From NCBI GenBank assembly GCA_030265395.1, contig JARFYF010000084.1, positions 88,166,273 to 88,230,272 on the forward strand: a DNA stretch of 64,000 bases. Reading direction: 5' to 3'. Below the pieces are notes generated by a model that did not search any database, was not told the DNA's origin, and saw only the letters and a list, made by a program, of their open reading frames with translations. This DNA comes from Rhina ancylostomus. Taxonomy: Eukaryota. Shown piece by piece: positions 1 through 12,677 of this stretch; the first letter of the stretch is position 1, and every line of letters begins with the position of its first letter. A program made the translations under genes and the position numbers.

Positions 1-1070
1 GGAGAGCTAGCTTATTGGATACAGAAATGGCTTGATGGTTGGAAACAGAGAGTGATGGTAGAAGGTATTTTTCAGACTGGAGGCCTGTAACTAGTGGTGT
101 GTCCCAGTGGTCAGTGCTAGGCTCATTGCTATTTTTCATCTATATAAATGATTGGGATGAGAATGTACAAGACACGGTTAGTAAGTATGTAAATGACACC
201 ACAAAAGGTGGTGTCGTTGACAGTGAAGATGGTTATCAGAATTTACAGAGGGATCTTGATCAGCTGGATAAGTGGGCCAAGGAATGGCAAATGGAGTTTA
301 ATTTGGATAAGTGCAAAGTGTTGCATTTTGGGAAGACAAATGAGGGTAGGACTTTCACAGTGAACGGTATAGCCCTGGATAGTGGTGTAGAAAAGGGACC
401 TAGGAATACAAACACATGGTTCCCCGAAAGTGGCACCACAGGTAGACAGAGTGTGAAAAAGGCTTTTGGCATGCTGACCTTCATCATGCCAATATAGAAT
501 ATAGAAGTTGGGATGTTATGTTTCAATCATACGGGATACTGGTGAGGCTCCAGTTGGAATATTGTGTTCAGTCATGGTCACCCTGCTATAGGAAAGATGC
601 CATTAAGCTGGAAAGAATGCAGAGAAGATTTAGGAGAATGCTGCTAGGACTCGAGAGACTGAGTTATGGAGAGAGGTTGTGCAGGTTGGGACTTTATTTC
701 ATTGGAGTGTAGGAAAATGAGGGGTGATATTATAGAATCATGAGGAGCATATGTAGGATGAATGTACCAGTCTTTTTCTCAGGGTTGGGGAATCAAGAAC
801 TAGAGGACCTAGGTTTATGGTAGGAGGGGAGAGATTTAATAGGAACCTGGAGGGGCAACTTTTCACCCAGAGGGTGGTCCACATTATGAATGAGCTGCCA
901 GAGGAAATGGTTGAGGCAGGTAAATTAACAACATTTAAAATTTACTTGAACAGGTTCGTTGATAGGAAGGGTTTAGAGGAATATGTGGACAAATGGGACT
1001 AGTTCAGATGGGAATCTTGGTCGGCATAGACCATTTGGGCCAAATGGCCTGTTACCGTCTGTATGACTCA
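1..1070 (+). mobile_element. CR1-clade LINE, 3' fragment (degenerate RT C-terminus and 3' UTR)
   Basis: Frameshifted ORFs 39-497, 518-712 and 817-1002 carry CR1 RT motifs (WRPVTSGV..SVLG.LLF.IYIND, WQMEFN.DKCKVLH, LEYCVQ.WSP, FTQRVV). Ends in a tatgac-type tail. Confidence 0.9.
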
Positions 1071-4000
1071 TGATCTATGGCTTCTCTATTGCAGTTTGGT
1101 CAGCTATGTAACAAGGCTAGAGCTTCTAATCCAGCATCTTTATTTGATGGCAAGTAACATTCAAATAACAGCTAAAGCTGATAATAACAATGCATCTCAA
1201 GTGATACCATAAAGCTCTTGTTATAATACACAAGCACAATACACTGTACAGAACCTGAAAATCTTATCCTCTGGAAACACTGATCTTCAAACATATGGAG
1301 ACTGGAGCAATGTTCAAAGCCTTAGGGCTTAGGCCATCCTGACCAGATCCCTTCTTCCTCTGTTCCTCTGGCCTTGCCTCTAAGGTATCTCTTCCATTCT
1401 TAATCAACCTTAAGACCTAAGAGTCTACTATTAATGGAATAGTATTTTACCAAAATAGAATAGCCTTCATCTCAGTCACAACTGTCAAAATCTCCAATCC
1501 TGGTAGCTCTAATGTTCTGTTGAGCAAAATTAACTCTCATTCAATTCAGTATCTAACAAACCCACAATTAATCGATGATCACTTTAAATAGCACAGTGCC
1601 TGGTCTTCTTCCTTCCTCACTCCCAATATCCTGGGCCTACTCTATTATATGTTAGGTGCGCTGTAGAATAAAATTAGTGTTGCATACTAATTGATCACTG
1701 TTCCAGGAGCAAAACTAAAAGATGCAGAAATGCAAGAAGTGAATTCCACCTGCCCGATAGTTAATTGGGGTCAAGTTCATCCAGCTTCATTGTGTGCTCT
1801 TTGGTCAAATGCCTCTTCTAAAATACCTAGCGGCTCATTGTTTTTTTTGGAATTGCATGTACATTATAGAAATGTGTCTTTATGTATTTTCATTTTATTT
1901 ACTATACCACAGGCAAGCCTTGATCATGTTGGCAGTTAGAGGCATTTCTAGAGCTGCACGAGGCTATAGTTGTCCTTTGGTGGCTGGACCTTTGCTTGAT
2001 GAATTTCACTGTCCCAAGGACTGGTTAAAAATTGTTTAAAAAAATTAATGCTATTTCTTAGGCTGAATGGAAGCTGCTCACATCTGAGTCTTCAACAGAA
2101 ATCTAAGGCCTTAATTCATTTACTGTGATTCTGAACCCATTTATGCAGATATGTCCTGATAACAGAAAAGTAGGAAATCTTCAACACAGAGTGGAAAGGA
2201 GTACAAAAATAAGAAAGATAACATAATCTATTGTTGTCAATGAGCAAAGAAACAAGAAATCAGAAGTACTATTTAGTAAATTCACTGAGTATTAGTTGAA
2301 ACAACGATCATGTTTAAAAGGTGTATACACTCCAACTCATCACGCACATGCAAAATAATATTCTGAAAATGATAAGCATTTCAAAATTTAGAGATGGATC
2401 ACCAGTACTTCTAGTCATAGTGATCTTCTGGAACTAGCTTGCATTCCGTCATGCTTCTGAAAGGAATTTCCAAGATTTTTTTAAAAACTCTACAAGGCGA
2501 TACATGTGCTCAAACCAGGCAAGTTCAATAGTCCAGCTAAGATCTTCCTGACTTTCTTGTGTGATTGTAGCAAAGTTTTGAGGGAGTAAATGATTCAAAT
2601 CTGTTTCATTGATCTTCTGAATGAAATTATTGATTCATCACCATTTTGCAAACTATAAAGAGGCTGTATTTTCATGAATAGGGTTTGGCAAAACTTCCAT
2701 TATTTTCAAACACATGATGAAGTGGAATAAATCATGTTAAAAAGCAGTTGCTTGTCATTTTTATTTGGTAATACAGCAATCAGATCAACAAAGCTCTTCC
2801 TTTGCTCTGAAGAAAACTGCACCAAATGCATTTTTATGGAAACAGTGCCCCTTAACAGAGATGAACAAGTACAGCTGCCAAGGATGTGGTTATTATATTC
2901 ATGCAGCATTCTACCTTTTTTTTAAACTCCCAAAGGGTACTGTTCTTAGATGTTATCTGTGCTAAACAGATCAAAGGTTTGTCAATGTCCCTTGGGCAGG
3001 ACATCATGCAAGAGGTTGCAACATTATTCACATTAGTCACTACACCATTGGACAGGAAACACGACATTTAAAATATATCTTAACATTTAATTCCAACGTA
3101 GTTCTCACACTGTACTTCTGTTCTCTTTATTAATATTTAGTAAAGAAAACAAGAACATGTGCACCACAACTATCTTAAACTCACGCATAAGATATGCCTC
3201 CTCTCTCTGTTTCCCCAGACCATCCCCCATGATCTCCCAAGGGACTGGGGGAATGTCGAAGCTGACTAGAGCACAGCAGCACAGTAGGGTGACCACTGTA
3301 AGCAAATTATTGTGGAAAACCCAAATGTGAGGGTGGGGGATCGTCCACCAAATGCAAGTCCAGAATCTCTTGGAGGAAGTGGGTATCAGTTTCACTGAAG
3401 CAGAGAGATGGGGACTCCCACAGTTTTATTATTTTTAGAAAGGTTGGCCCACCTTGATCTTTCATGACATCATGAATTCAGTGCACTCACAAAGCCTGCA
3501 AGATTAGAAATTCAATGTTGCTTGGAAATAGGAACTCAGGTGATGAGGTGTGCCCTACACATAGCCATGCATGTGGCCACAGGGAGATGGTGCTCTCTGC
3601 AGTCAGGCCCAATAGTAAGTTTCTCAGGGTCTCCCACCAAAATCATTTGAAATGCCCTCAATGAAGACTCAACTACCTTCTATTTTCTTAGCTGTAATTA
3701 TTGGAAAAACACTTTATAGGAAGACAAATCAACAAGCACAGAAGACAGCCACTTGGAACTTGCATAGTTCATAATCCTGACTTGATTATTCTAAGTAAGT
3801 AAATAGTTGCAGTAAACATTCAGATTCATTGTGCAATCTGAGGACAATGTTTGGAAAGGAAACTTCAGTGATGATTGTGGCAACTACAGTTATATCCATA
3901 GCAAGAGTGATGGTGTACTGGAAAGGAGAGGATGAGTTCAGCTCAAGCACTCAGATGAGTTCTCACTGAGAACTTCAGCATTAAGGCGAATGGTGGGCGA

Positions 4001-5614
4001 TGTGCTCCTGCTCTTCCTCTTCTTCCTCCCCCACCTCTTCCTGCCTAGGCCAGGTGGTGGTAAGTGGTGGTCCCTCAGGGTTATAAAATTTTGCATCATG
4101 CTGTAACAGGAGAAGTCACCAAAAGGTTACTTGAATAGAGAAAATGTTAACTGATTTTCCGAAGTCATGAGTATCCCATAGATTTCTCCAATTCCACAAT
4201 ATATTGATTGCTACCCACCTAGCACATTGGTAGCCCACAGCTCCACCAGGCGCTCCCCATAGAACCTCTGCCTCTAGAAAAAAAAATCTATTTCAAATGG
4301 CAAGTTGTTTGAAGTGCAGCAGGCATCAGATGGCCACTTCTACTAAATTAGTGGATACTGCACTCCAGGTTCAGGTTGACTTTAAGTCATCCAGTTTAAA
4401 GACACTGCCTGCCACAATTTCAGGTTTGAAAGTTCACATGAAGCCATTTTATTCACCTCTGCGCATTCTCTCATCTTCATCTGCTCGATATGACCTTCCA
4501 GTCTAGGGAAAATGGAGTTCATGCCAGAGGAGTTTGCAGCAAAGGGACAGGTGATGACATGGACAAATNNNNNNNNNNNNNNNNNNNNNNNNNNNNNNNN
4601 NNNNNNNNNNNNNNNNNNNNNNNNNNNNNNNNNNNNNNNNNNNNNNNNNNNNNNNNNNNNNNNNNNNNATGGACAAATTTAAAAGGATGAATGACCATCA
4701 TATATTTGACACCTTGGATTACCAAAAAACATTATAAATCAACAATGACAAAGTTCATGGTCAACAGAGATTTGAATGAACTTAATTGTTACACAGAGGA
4801 ACGGATAGATAGGAGTTGGTCAGGAATGCACAGGAGTGATCAAATGACAGCTACAGTGACAACATAAGCTGGTTTAAGAGTGGAGGTAGATGATGATAAG
4901 AAGGTGGCAGAGAAGAAATGGGCCCAAGAACTTGAGGGTTACAATGGACTGTTTCATCTTGAGGTAAGGGATATGGGACTGAGGCTCATGGCAAGAGAAT
5001 GGAAATTGCTAATCACGTGCTTCAGGGCTGGACCTCTTGATCTTGCTTCACCATGCTGAGAGGGTGAAAACTCTTCCATGTTTTTCAGAAGATTGTAAGG
5101 TAGTTATGTATTAGGAAGATCTTTCAATCCATATTGATACATCCATCCAGAAACAGCTAAATAGTCACAGGCTACTGCATTGCTGGCAAGGCCCAAGTGA
5201 TTTGCAAAGATGGGGAATTAGCAAAACTAGTAAAAAGATACAATTATCACAGTGGAATGGATCTTAGTAAGGCTGATTGAGTAGTATAAACATATAGGGA
5301 TAAAATATTTTCAATTCTTTATAGTAATAAGGCTTTGTATTGACCATCCCTAACTACCCTTAAGATGGTGGCAGTGAGCTAGCTTCCTAAAGGCTGAAGT
5401 CTTTGAAATGAATTTATTTCCACTGCAGTTGATGCTACATCAGTTGTTAATTGAAAGACTTTTGATCATCTGTGTTAACAGAAGTAGAGAAATAATGGGT
5501 TTTTCAGAGTTGTATCACAGATCAGCTTGATCTCAGTGAATAGCATCTTTAATACACCAGCAGAGCTTTTGGTCAATTGAGGAAAAAGGTATTTGAAGAT
5601 CAAGATCTCAGGTC

Positions 5615-6230
5615 TGGCACAATACCCTTGGACTACTCATCAGCAGTGATCCCTGAGGTCTGGACTACCAAACTGAAGATACCTCAAAGCTTTTGAAAAA
5701 GTACCACCAACAGTGTCATCACAAAATCCTGGAAATTCACTGAAGGATTAGTGACCCAACATTAGTATCCTCTCACAGGCCAAAATCCCCAGTGTTAAGG
5801 CCCTCAGTTGGCTACATTGGACAGGCCACATTATTCACTTGCCTGACACCAAAATCCTGAAAAATACATGATACTCTGAACTGTCATGGGAAGAGATTAC
5901 CAGGTGGAAAGAAGGAAAGATTGTAGGATGTGCTCAAAACATCTTGAAGAGATGCAACATTCCACTGGCCCACAGGAACCTTTGGCTCAGGAGCGTTGGA
6001 CACGATACTGAAAACGTAGAGTCCATTCATTGGCAGCAGACAGAAGCCCCATGCAAGTGGCAGGAGGAGTGAAGCACCTTGCAAACTACCCACCTGCTTA
6101 TCTCATGAGGCACCACCTGCCCCATCTATGGAAGAGTACGTGGTTCCTAATTGGCCATAGCAGTCACCTCAGAACCCACAAAGAAAGAGTGGAAGCAAAT
6201 CATCCTTGATATCAAGAGAATGCCTATGAG
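5615..6230 (+). mobile_element. RTE-clade LINE, 3' remnant
   Basis: Broken frames resemble the RTE C-terminus (EKYHQ.C..KIL.I.W, L.W.GH...LPD, YSEL.HGKR..GG...RF.D.LK). Many stops and frameshifts. Confidence 0.65.
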
Positions 6231-6289
6231 GGTGAAGAGTGGCAGAACAAATGCGAGGGCTAAATAGGTTATGTGTAAGTGTGTGACCA

Positions 6290-6700
6290 TATCATTGAAA
6301 GCTGGTGCACAGGTGTTAAAAAGTAATCAGAAAGCCTAATAGAAAATAGGCTTATTTCTCTACAGAGTTCTGTAGAAAGGGGAAGAAATACCTCAGGAAT
6401 ACTGCATTTGGTAGAAATGCTGGGCAGTTTCACCAAAATGGTACCAGGTCTAAATGGGTTAAATCGTCAGGACAGGTTACAGAAATTTGATTTCTGTCTC
6501 TTTGATTTTAGAAGAGGTTTTTAAAGGGAATGCTTTAATTGCAAAACAAAAATAATTTGGAATCCAATAAGATAAACAAAAAGAGAAATGATTTCCTCCA
6601 GTTGATGAAGCTACATTGATTACAAAAATTGGTTCATTTAAATTAGGGCAGTCATGAACTAATCCAGTGGTGGAACAGGCCTGAAGAGGCTAATTGATCT
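6290..6700 (+). mobile_element. Old CR1 3' remnant
   Basis: Diverged similarity to the other CR1 3' ends in the window (ttcaccaaaatggtaccagg, ggaacaggcctgaagaggctaattg). Confidence 0.4.
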
Positions 6701-6796
6701 TTTTTTGGTCCAATTTTCTAGAGATTTTCTAATCTTCATCCAGTTATTACACAGCACATTTGTTATCACTGTCCTACCTGGAAGTTTATTCTGCAC

Positions 6797-8330
6797 AGAG
6801 TCATAGAGTAATACAGAATGGAAACAGGCCCTTCAGCCTAACTCATCCATTCTGACCATGATGCCCAACAAGCTACTCCCATTTGTCCATGTTTGGCTCG
6901 TATCCCTCTTAAACCCCTCCTACCCATGTACTTATCTAAATGTATTTTGAATGTTGTTATTGCACCTGCCTCAATCACTTTCTCTGGCAGGTCATTCCAT
7001 ATACACACACCACTCTCTGTATGAAAAAATTGCCCCTCAGGTCACTTTTAAATCTTTCACCTCTCACCTTAAACCTATGCCCTTTAGTTTTTAGTTCCCC
7101 TTCCCTGGGAAAAAAGTCTATGTGTGTTCACCCTATCTATACCCCTCATGATTTTATACACCTCTATAAGGTCACCCCCAATCTCCTATGTTCCAAGGAA
7201 TAAAGTCCTAGCCCGCCCAACCTCTCCCTATAACTCAGGATACTGAATCCTGGGAGCATCCTTGTAAATCTTCTCTGCACTCTTTCCAGTTTAATCATGT
7301 CTTTCCTGTAACAGGGCAACCAAAACTGTACATGATGCTCCACGTGCAATTACACTAATGTCTTGTACAAATGCAACATAACGTCTCAACTCCTGTAAAT
7401 GCCCTGACTGAGGAAGGCCAGCATGGTAAACGCCTTCTTCACCACTCTGTCTACCTGTGATGCTGCTTTCAGCAAACTATGCACCTGTACTCTTAGGTCC
7501 CTCTGTTCCTCAACACACCCCAGGAGCTAACCGTTCACTGTATAAGCCCTACCCTGGTTTGACATCCCAAAATACAACATTTTTCACATCTGAATTGAAA
7601 GCCATTTGCCAATCCTTGTCCATTTACATAGCTGATCAAAATCCCCCTGTAATTTTTGATAACCTTCTTCACTATCTATGATACCTCCTATTTTAGTATC
7701 ATCCACATACCGATTAGTCATGCTTTCTACATTTACATCCAAGTCATTTATATAAATAATGAACAACAAAGGTCCCAGCACTGACACCTGCAGCACACCA
7801 CTAGTCACAGGCCTCCAGACCAAGAATCAATCTTCAAGTATCACTCTCGGATTCCTACCATCAAGCCATTTATGAATCCAGTTAGCTATCTCTCCCTGGA
7901 TCCCATGCAATCTAACCTTCCAGATGAACTGACCATACGGGGCCTTGTCAAAGGCCTTGCTAAAGTCCATGCAGACCATGTCCACTGCCCTACCCTCATC
8001 TATCCTCTTGGTTACCTCTTTGAAAAAAATCTAAGAGGTTTGTCATACACAATTTCTGACACACAAAGCTGTGATGACTATCCCTAATTAGACCTTGTCT
8101 ATCTAAATATTCGTAGATCCTGTCGCTCAGAATTCCTTCCAGTAACTTATCCACCACTGATGTCTGACTCACCAGCCTGTATTTCCCTGGCTTGTCTTTG
8201 CTGCCCTTCTTAAATAATGGTACAACATTAGCCATTCTCCAGTCCTCTGAAACTTTATTTGTGGCTAAAGATGAACCAAATATCTCTGCACGGGCCTCCT
8301 CAATTTCTTCCCAGCTCCCTACAAGATCTG
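6797..8330 (-). mobile_element. CR1-clade LINE, 5'-truncated
   Basis: Minus-strand ORFs give ANVVPLFKKGSKDKPGKYRLVS, WRPVTSGVLQVSVLGPLLFIIYINDLD, YVDDTKIGG and LERVQRRFTRMLPG. Tail is at the 6797 end. Confidence 0.92.
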
Positions 8331-9127
8331 TTGATCATTCACTCACCAACTGAAAAATAAGAATTTCAATTTGTGCTCACTTGTTCTAATAATGCAGTTG
8401 AAACGAAGCAATGTTCTGGATTTACATTTCCAATATCTAGAACTACTTTGTATACCTCTGTTAGATTATGTCTTAGATTCCTCTTTTCTAAACCAAATTG
8501 CCATTTTGTTTCTATACTCATAACTCAACCACATGAGACAAGGGATCAGATTCTTGATGCTAATTTATGGTGCCTCCAATTCTTGAAGATCTCCATTCCT
8601 TAAAAGTATTCATATTGTGGTCTAATCAGATTGATCATAAAATCATCTGACATAATGCTCTGACTATATGGTTCAACATTTTGTCAGTTATTGCAAGTCC
8701 TACTCTATATTGGTTTAGCACATTTAGCTTTCAGTTAAATAAAAATGTATTGACTCTCATCCACAACTATGTCAAATAGCATTCATGATTGCTTTATCTA
8801 TTTTTTTCTTCCTTTTTATATTTGCCTGCATTAAGTTCCTTCTGCTATTGTCATCTTCCTGGTCCAGCTCAATCTACTTCTGGAGTTGCCACATTCAGTT
8901 TTACAGTCCTTTATAGTTTGGTATCATTTGAATACTTGACTATTGAATATCTTGATCTAAATCATTAATGTAAGCATGTAAGCTGGAAATGTATTAGCTC
9001 CAGAACTGAGGCTCAGAGAATCTGCCTCCCTCCCCTATTCAATCTCAAATAATTATTAAAATGAATATTCATTGTTACATCCTTCAGCCAGTTCCTTAAC
9101 TATTTCCAAGTATTATTCTGATCCTTG

Positions 9128-9643
9128 CATAGAACAGTATAGCACCGGACAGGCCATTCTACCCACGATGTTGTGCCATTGCCAATTTATATTGTATGTC
9201 CTACTCCTGCATATCATCCATATTCCTCCATTCCCTTCATATTCATGTATCTATCTAAAAGCCTCAAACTGCACCAAACTGCCTGCTTCCACCACTACTC
9301 CTGGTAACCTGTTCCAGGCACCTACCACTATCTGCATAAAAAAACTTGCCCCTCTCTAACCTTAAAAGCAAGTCCTCTGGTGTTTGACATTTCTACCCTG
9401 GGGAAAAGACTGACTGCCTATCCTATCTACCCTCTCATAACTTTAAAAACCTCCATCAGGTCTCCCCTCAGCCTTTGATGCTCTCGCTCTCGGGAGAACA
9501 ACCTAATTTTGTCCAGCCTTTCTTTATAGTTCATACTCTTTAATCTAGGCAGCATTCTGATAAACCCCTTCTGCACCCTCTCCACAGTCTCTGCTTCCTT
9601 CCTATAATGAGGTAGCCAGAACTGCATGCAGTACTCCAAATGT
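9128..9643 (-). mobile_element. CR1 LINE 3' fragment
   Basis: ORF 9427-9639 reads EYCMQFWLPHYRKE...ERVQKGFIRMLP...RLRGDLMEVFKVMRG. Confidence 0.88.
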
Positions 9644-9704
9644 GAATTTAATTCATATTTAATTAATGTATTTCAGTTTAATTAATAACAGATCCACATG
9701 AATT

Positions 9705-10162
9705 GATAAAGAGAATAGATGTTGCCAGGACTGAGACTGAGTTGTAGGGAGAGGTTGGACAGGTTACGATTTTTTTAGCTTGCAGCATAGGAAACTGAGA
9801 GGTGATCTTACAGAGGTGTATAAAATCATGAGGGGCATAGATAGAGTGAATGCACAGAGTCTTCTTTCCAGGGTTAGGGAATCAAGAACTAGNNNNNNNN
9901 NNNNNNNNNNNNNNNNNNNNNNNNNNNNNNNNNNNNNNNNNNAACACACAGAGGGTGGTATCTGTATGGACTGAGCTCCGCAGAACAAATAGGTGAGGCA
10001 GGTACAATAAGAACTTTGAAAAGACACTTAGGTACATGGAAAGGAAAGGTTCAGAAGGATATGGGCCAAATGTGGACAAATGGGATTAGTTTGAATGGGA
10101 ATGTTGGTCAGCATGGACCAGCTGGGCTGAAGGGCCTGTTTCCATGCCGTATGACTCCATGA
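9705..10162 (+). mobile_element. CR1 LINE 3' fragment (spans an N gap)
   Basis: ORF 9780-9974 reads RKLRGDLTEVYKIMRGIDRV. The 3' UTR and tail resemble the element at 1-1070. Confidence 0.88.
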
Positions 10163-10214
10163 CATTTTGGAAGTCAAAGATCCATGCCAAATGGCTGCCT
10201 AAAGTTGAAGACAA

Positions 10215-11122
10215 AAGAGAATGTAAATGCTGGAAGAACTCAGTGAGTCAAGCAGCATCTGTGGAGGTAAAAGGTGTATACCGATGTTTCAGGTCGAGAC
10301 CCAGAATTGAGAGGGAAGAGGAAAGGTTGCCAGGGTATAGCAGTACATGGGAGGAGTGAGAGGCTGATTGGTGATAGGTGGAACCAAGTGGGGAGGGGAT
10401 GATGGGCAGATGAAACCACGTGGGGGAGGGGGTGGGAAAGGTGAACAATAGTGAACAAAAACTAGGTGGACAGGTGAGTATGTGGGGTAGAAGAACACTG
10501 GGAGTGTGGGTTACCTGAAGTTGGACAACTCAATGTTCGTGCTACTGGGTTGTAAGCTATCCAAGTGTCGTTCTTCCAATTTGCGTTTGGCCTCTCTATA
10601 GCAGTGGAAAGGCCGAGAACAGACAGGTTGGTGTGGGAGTGGGAAGGAGAGTTAAAGTAANNNNNNNNNNNNNNNNNNNNNNNNNNNNNNNNNNNNNNNN
10701 NNNNNNNNNNNNNNNNNNNNNNNNNNNNNNNNNNNNNNNNNNNNNNNNNNNNNNNNNNNNAGGTTGGTGTGGGAGTGGGAAGGAGAGTTAAAGTAACATG
10801 CAACCAGAAACTCGAGACTCCCGCAGCATACAGAGCGCAGGTGCTCTGCTGAACAGTCGCCTGATCTATGCTTGGTTTCCCCAATGTAGAGGAGGTCATA
10901 CTATGAGCACTGAATGCAGTAGGACAGTTTGGAAGAGGTGCAAGTGAATCTCCCCTCCCAAGATGACTCCACCTTGCACCTACTAACTTCTGGCCCATCC
11001 CTCCCTATATACTGGCAATCCTTCCTCTTTCAGCCCTGATTCAGGGTCTCAGCCCAAAATGTCAGCTTACGCATTTTGCTTCCAAAATGCTGCTTGACCC
11101 GAGTTCTTCCAGCATTCGGCTT
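10215..11122 (-). mobile_element. Penelope-like element remnant: GIY-YIG endonuclease C-terminal fragment between inverted terminal repeats
   Basis: Minus-strand frames give YIGETK, FNSPSHSHTNLSVLGL and KRKLEE..LQP..NIELSNFR, typical of the PLE endonuclease end. 10215-10305 and 11030-11122 are inverted copies of the terminal repeat. Confidence 0.75.
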
Positions 11123-12575
11123 TCTAATGTTGCTCTTAGGTCATCACTGCCCCAAAAAAGTTAAGAAAGTTATCTTATTCATGACCATTAATTCGGCTAC
11201 TGTCACTCTGCTTCTCTTTCATAATGCTAGTTCAAGCGTTAGATTTCAGGATTCCTTTATTGTTAACTTCCCTTTGCCTTATTCCCTCCTTTTACATCAG
11301 GCATGTGTTTCTCTTGACTCAATGGCCATTAGAAAGACATGTTTCCCAACTTAAATTTTTAAAATATATTTTTGACAGACTGTAATGGTCAGTTCAACCT
11401 CTGTGGTGGGGAAGGATTAAGGAATGATAATCAGTCAAAAAATAACCGTCAAAGCTTATCTTTGTTAATAAGTAAAGGGGAACCAGAGTAATGGTTTGTT
11501 ACTTTTGAGTTTTTGTCAGCCTTATAATGTGTAACACCAAGAAAAATAAACCTCATAAGTGTTAAGAATGGCAAGATTTCTGTACTGCATTTAAAGTGAT
11601 TTATTTCTGTTCCCTGTTGCTGTACTCTAATTTGTAAAGCATGATGTCATTGTATGATATGTTGGAAGTTTAGAAATAACTTCCTTTTTTGAAAATAAAA
11701 TACAGGCATGCATCATAGGTTTATGCGATGATTTGCGTGGGTGGAGCAAAGGATTTATCAGAAGTCCTCAAGTTCAGCAAAAATAAAGATTTGATTTCAA
11801 TATTTGATTAGGGAATAAATATCAAGATTGTGTAATTGTTAAAGCAGCATTTTATACCTTCTGTAAAAGTTGCAAAATCTCTTCCTCCTCAAAAGAAAGC
11901 AACCTTTTGATTTGATTGTTGTGAATGGGTTTTCATGGAAGATACAAAGCTTACAACTGTTGGCAAAAATGACGAGGATAGAAATAGACTTTAAGGAGAT
12001 ATTAAACTGATCTGTCTGTATTTGACTGGCTTGTTCATATTCTTCCTTTTGAACAGTGGTATACATATAATCATCCCTGTATCTAGGGAAAATTGAAACA
12101 TTCTAACCAACCTTTCTGCAATTACCACAAGTTGTCTCAGCAATATCCCATTCAGTCCAGATGACTTATCTACTTTAGGTGTAGTGCCTCTTCCACTACC
12201 TCGTATTTCAATAAGATTTTGGCAGTATCCTCTTCCTTGGTAAAGGCAAGTACAAAATATTCATTTTCCGTTTTATTTCCGTAGTTTTCTTCCAAGGTTA
12301 GATCATTATTTTAGTCGTTTATTAACCTCACCACTCAACATTAGCTAATTAGTACTTAAAGTCCATTTATGTATCTTTTGGAATTCTATTTAATTTAGCA
12401 GTCAGTTTATTCTCAGTATCTTTCTTAAACCTTTAACTTTATTTTTCACTAATCCTCTAAGCTCTCTATATTCAGTACAGTTCTCATGTATATTGTCAAT
12501 CTGACCCCTTTCTGCCATTATCCATGGGCAGTGGACCTCGTGAAGCTGGCCAGGAGCACATTGGAATAGTCTAGA

Positions 12576-12677
12576 GGTAATAGAGGTGCAGATCAGGGCT
12601 TCAGCAGCAGGTAAACTCAGGCAAAGGGTAATAGAGGTGCAGATCAGGGCTTCAGCAGCAGGTAAACTCAGGCAAAG
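12576..12677. repeat. Perfect 51-bp tandem duplication within an L2-like remnant
   Basis: ggtaatagaggtgcagatcagggcttcagcagcaggtaaactcaggcaaag occurs at 12576-12626 and 12627-12677. Confidence 0.95.

Noticed and set aside
1913-2039. Acceptor followed by LAVRGISRAA, resembling a phosphatase HCxxGxSR loop
   Set aside because: The catalytic HC is missing and the flanks show no similarity.
4559-4678. Direct repeats flanking N gaps (also at about 10625/10761, 18195/18320, 20293/20420, 21467/21577 and 28847/28987)
   Set aside because: Near-identical sequence on both sides of 100-N gaps indicates unmerged contig overlaps, not biological duplication.
12576-12677. Repeat pair considered as CRISPR-like or as a coding repeat
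   Set aside because: Two abutting copies with no spacer, in a eukaryotic L2 remnant; a simple tandem duplication.
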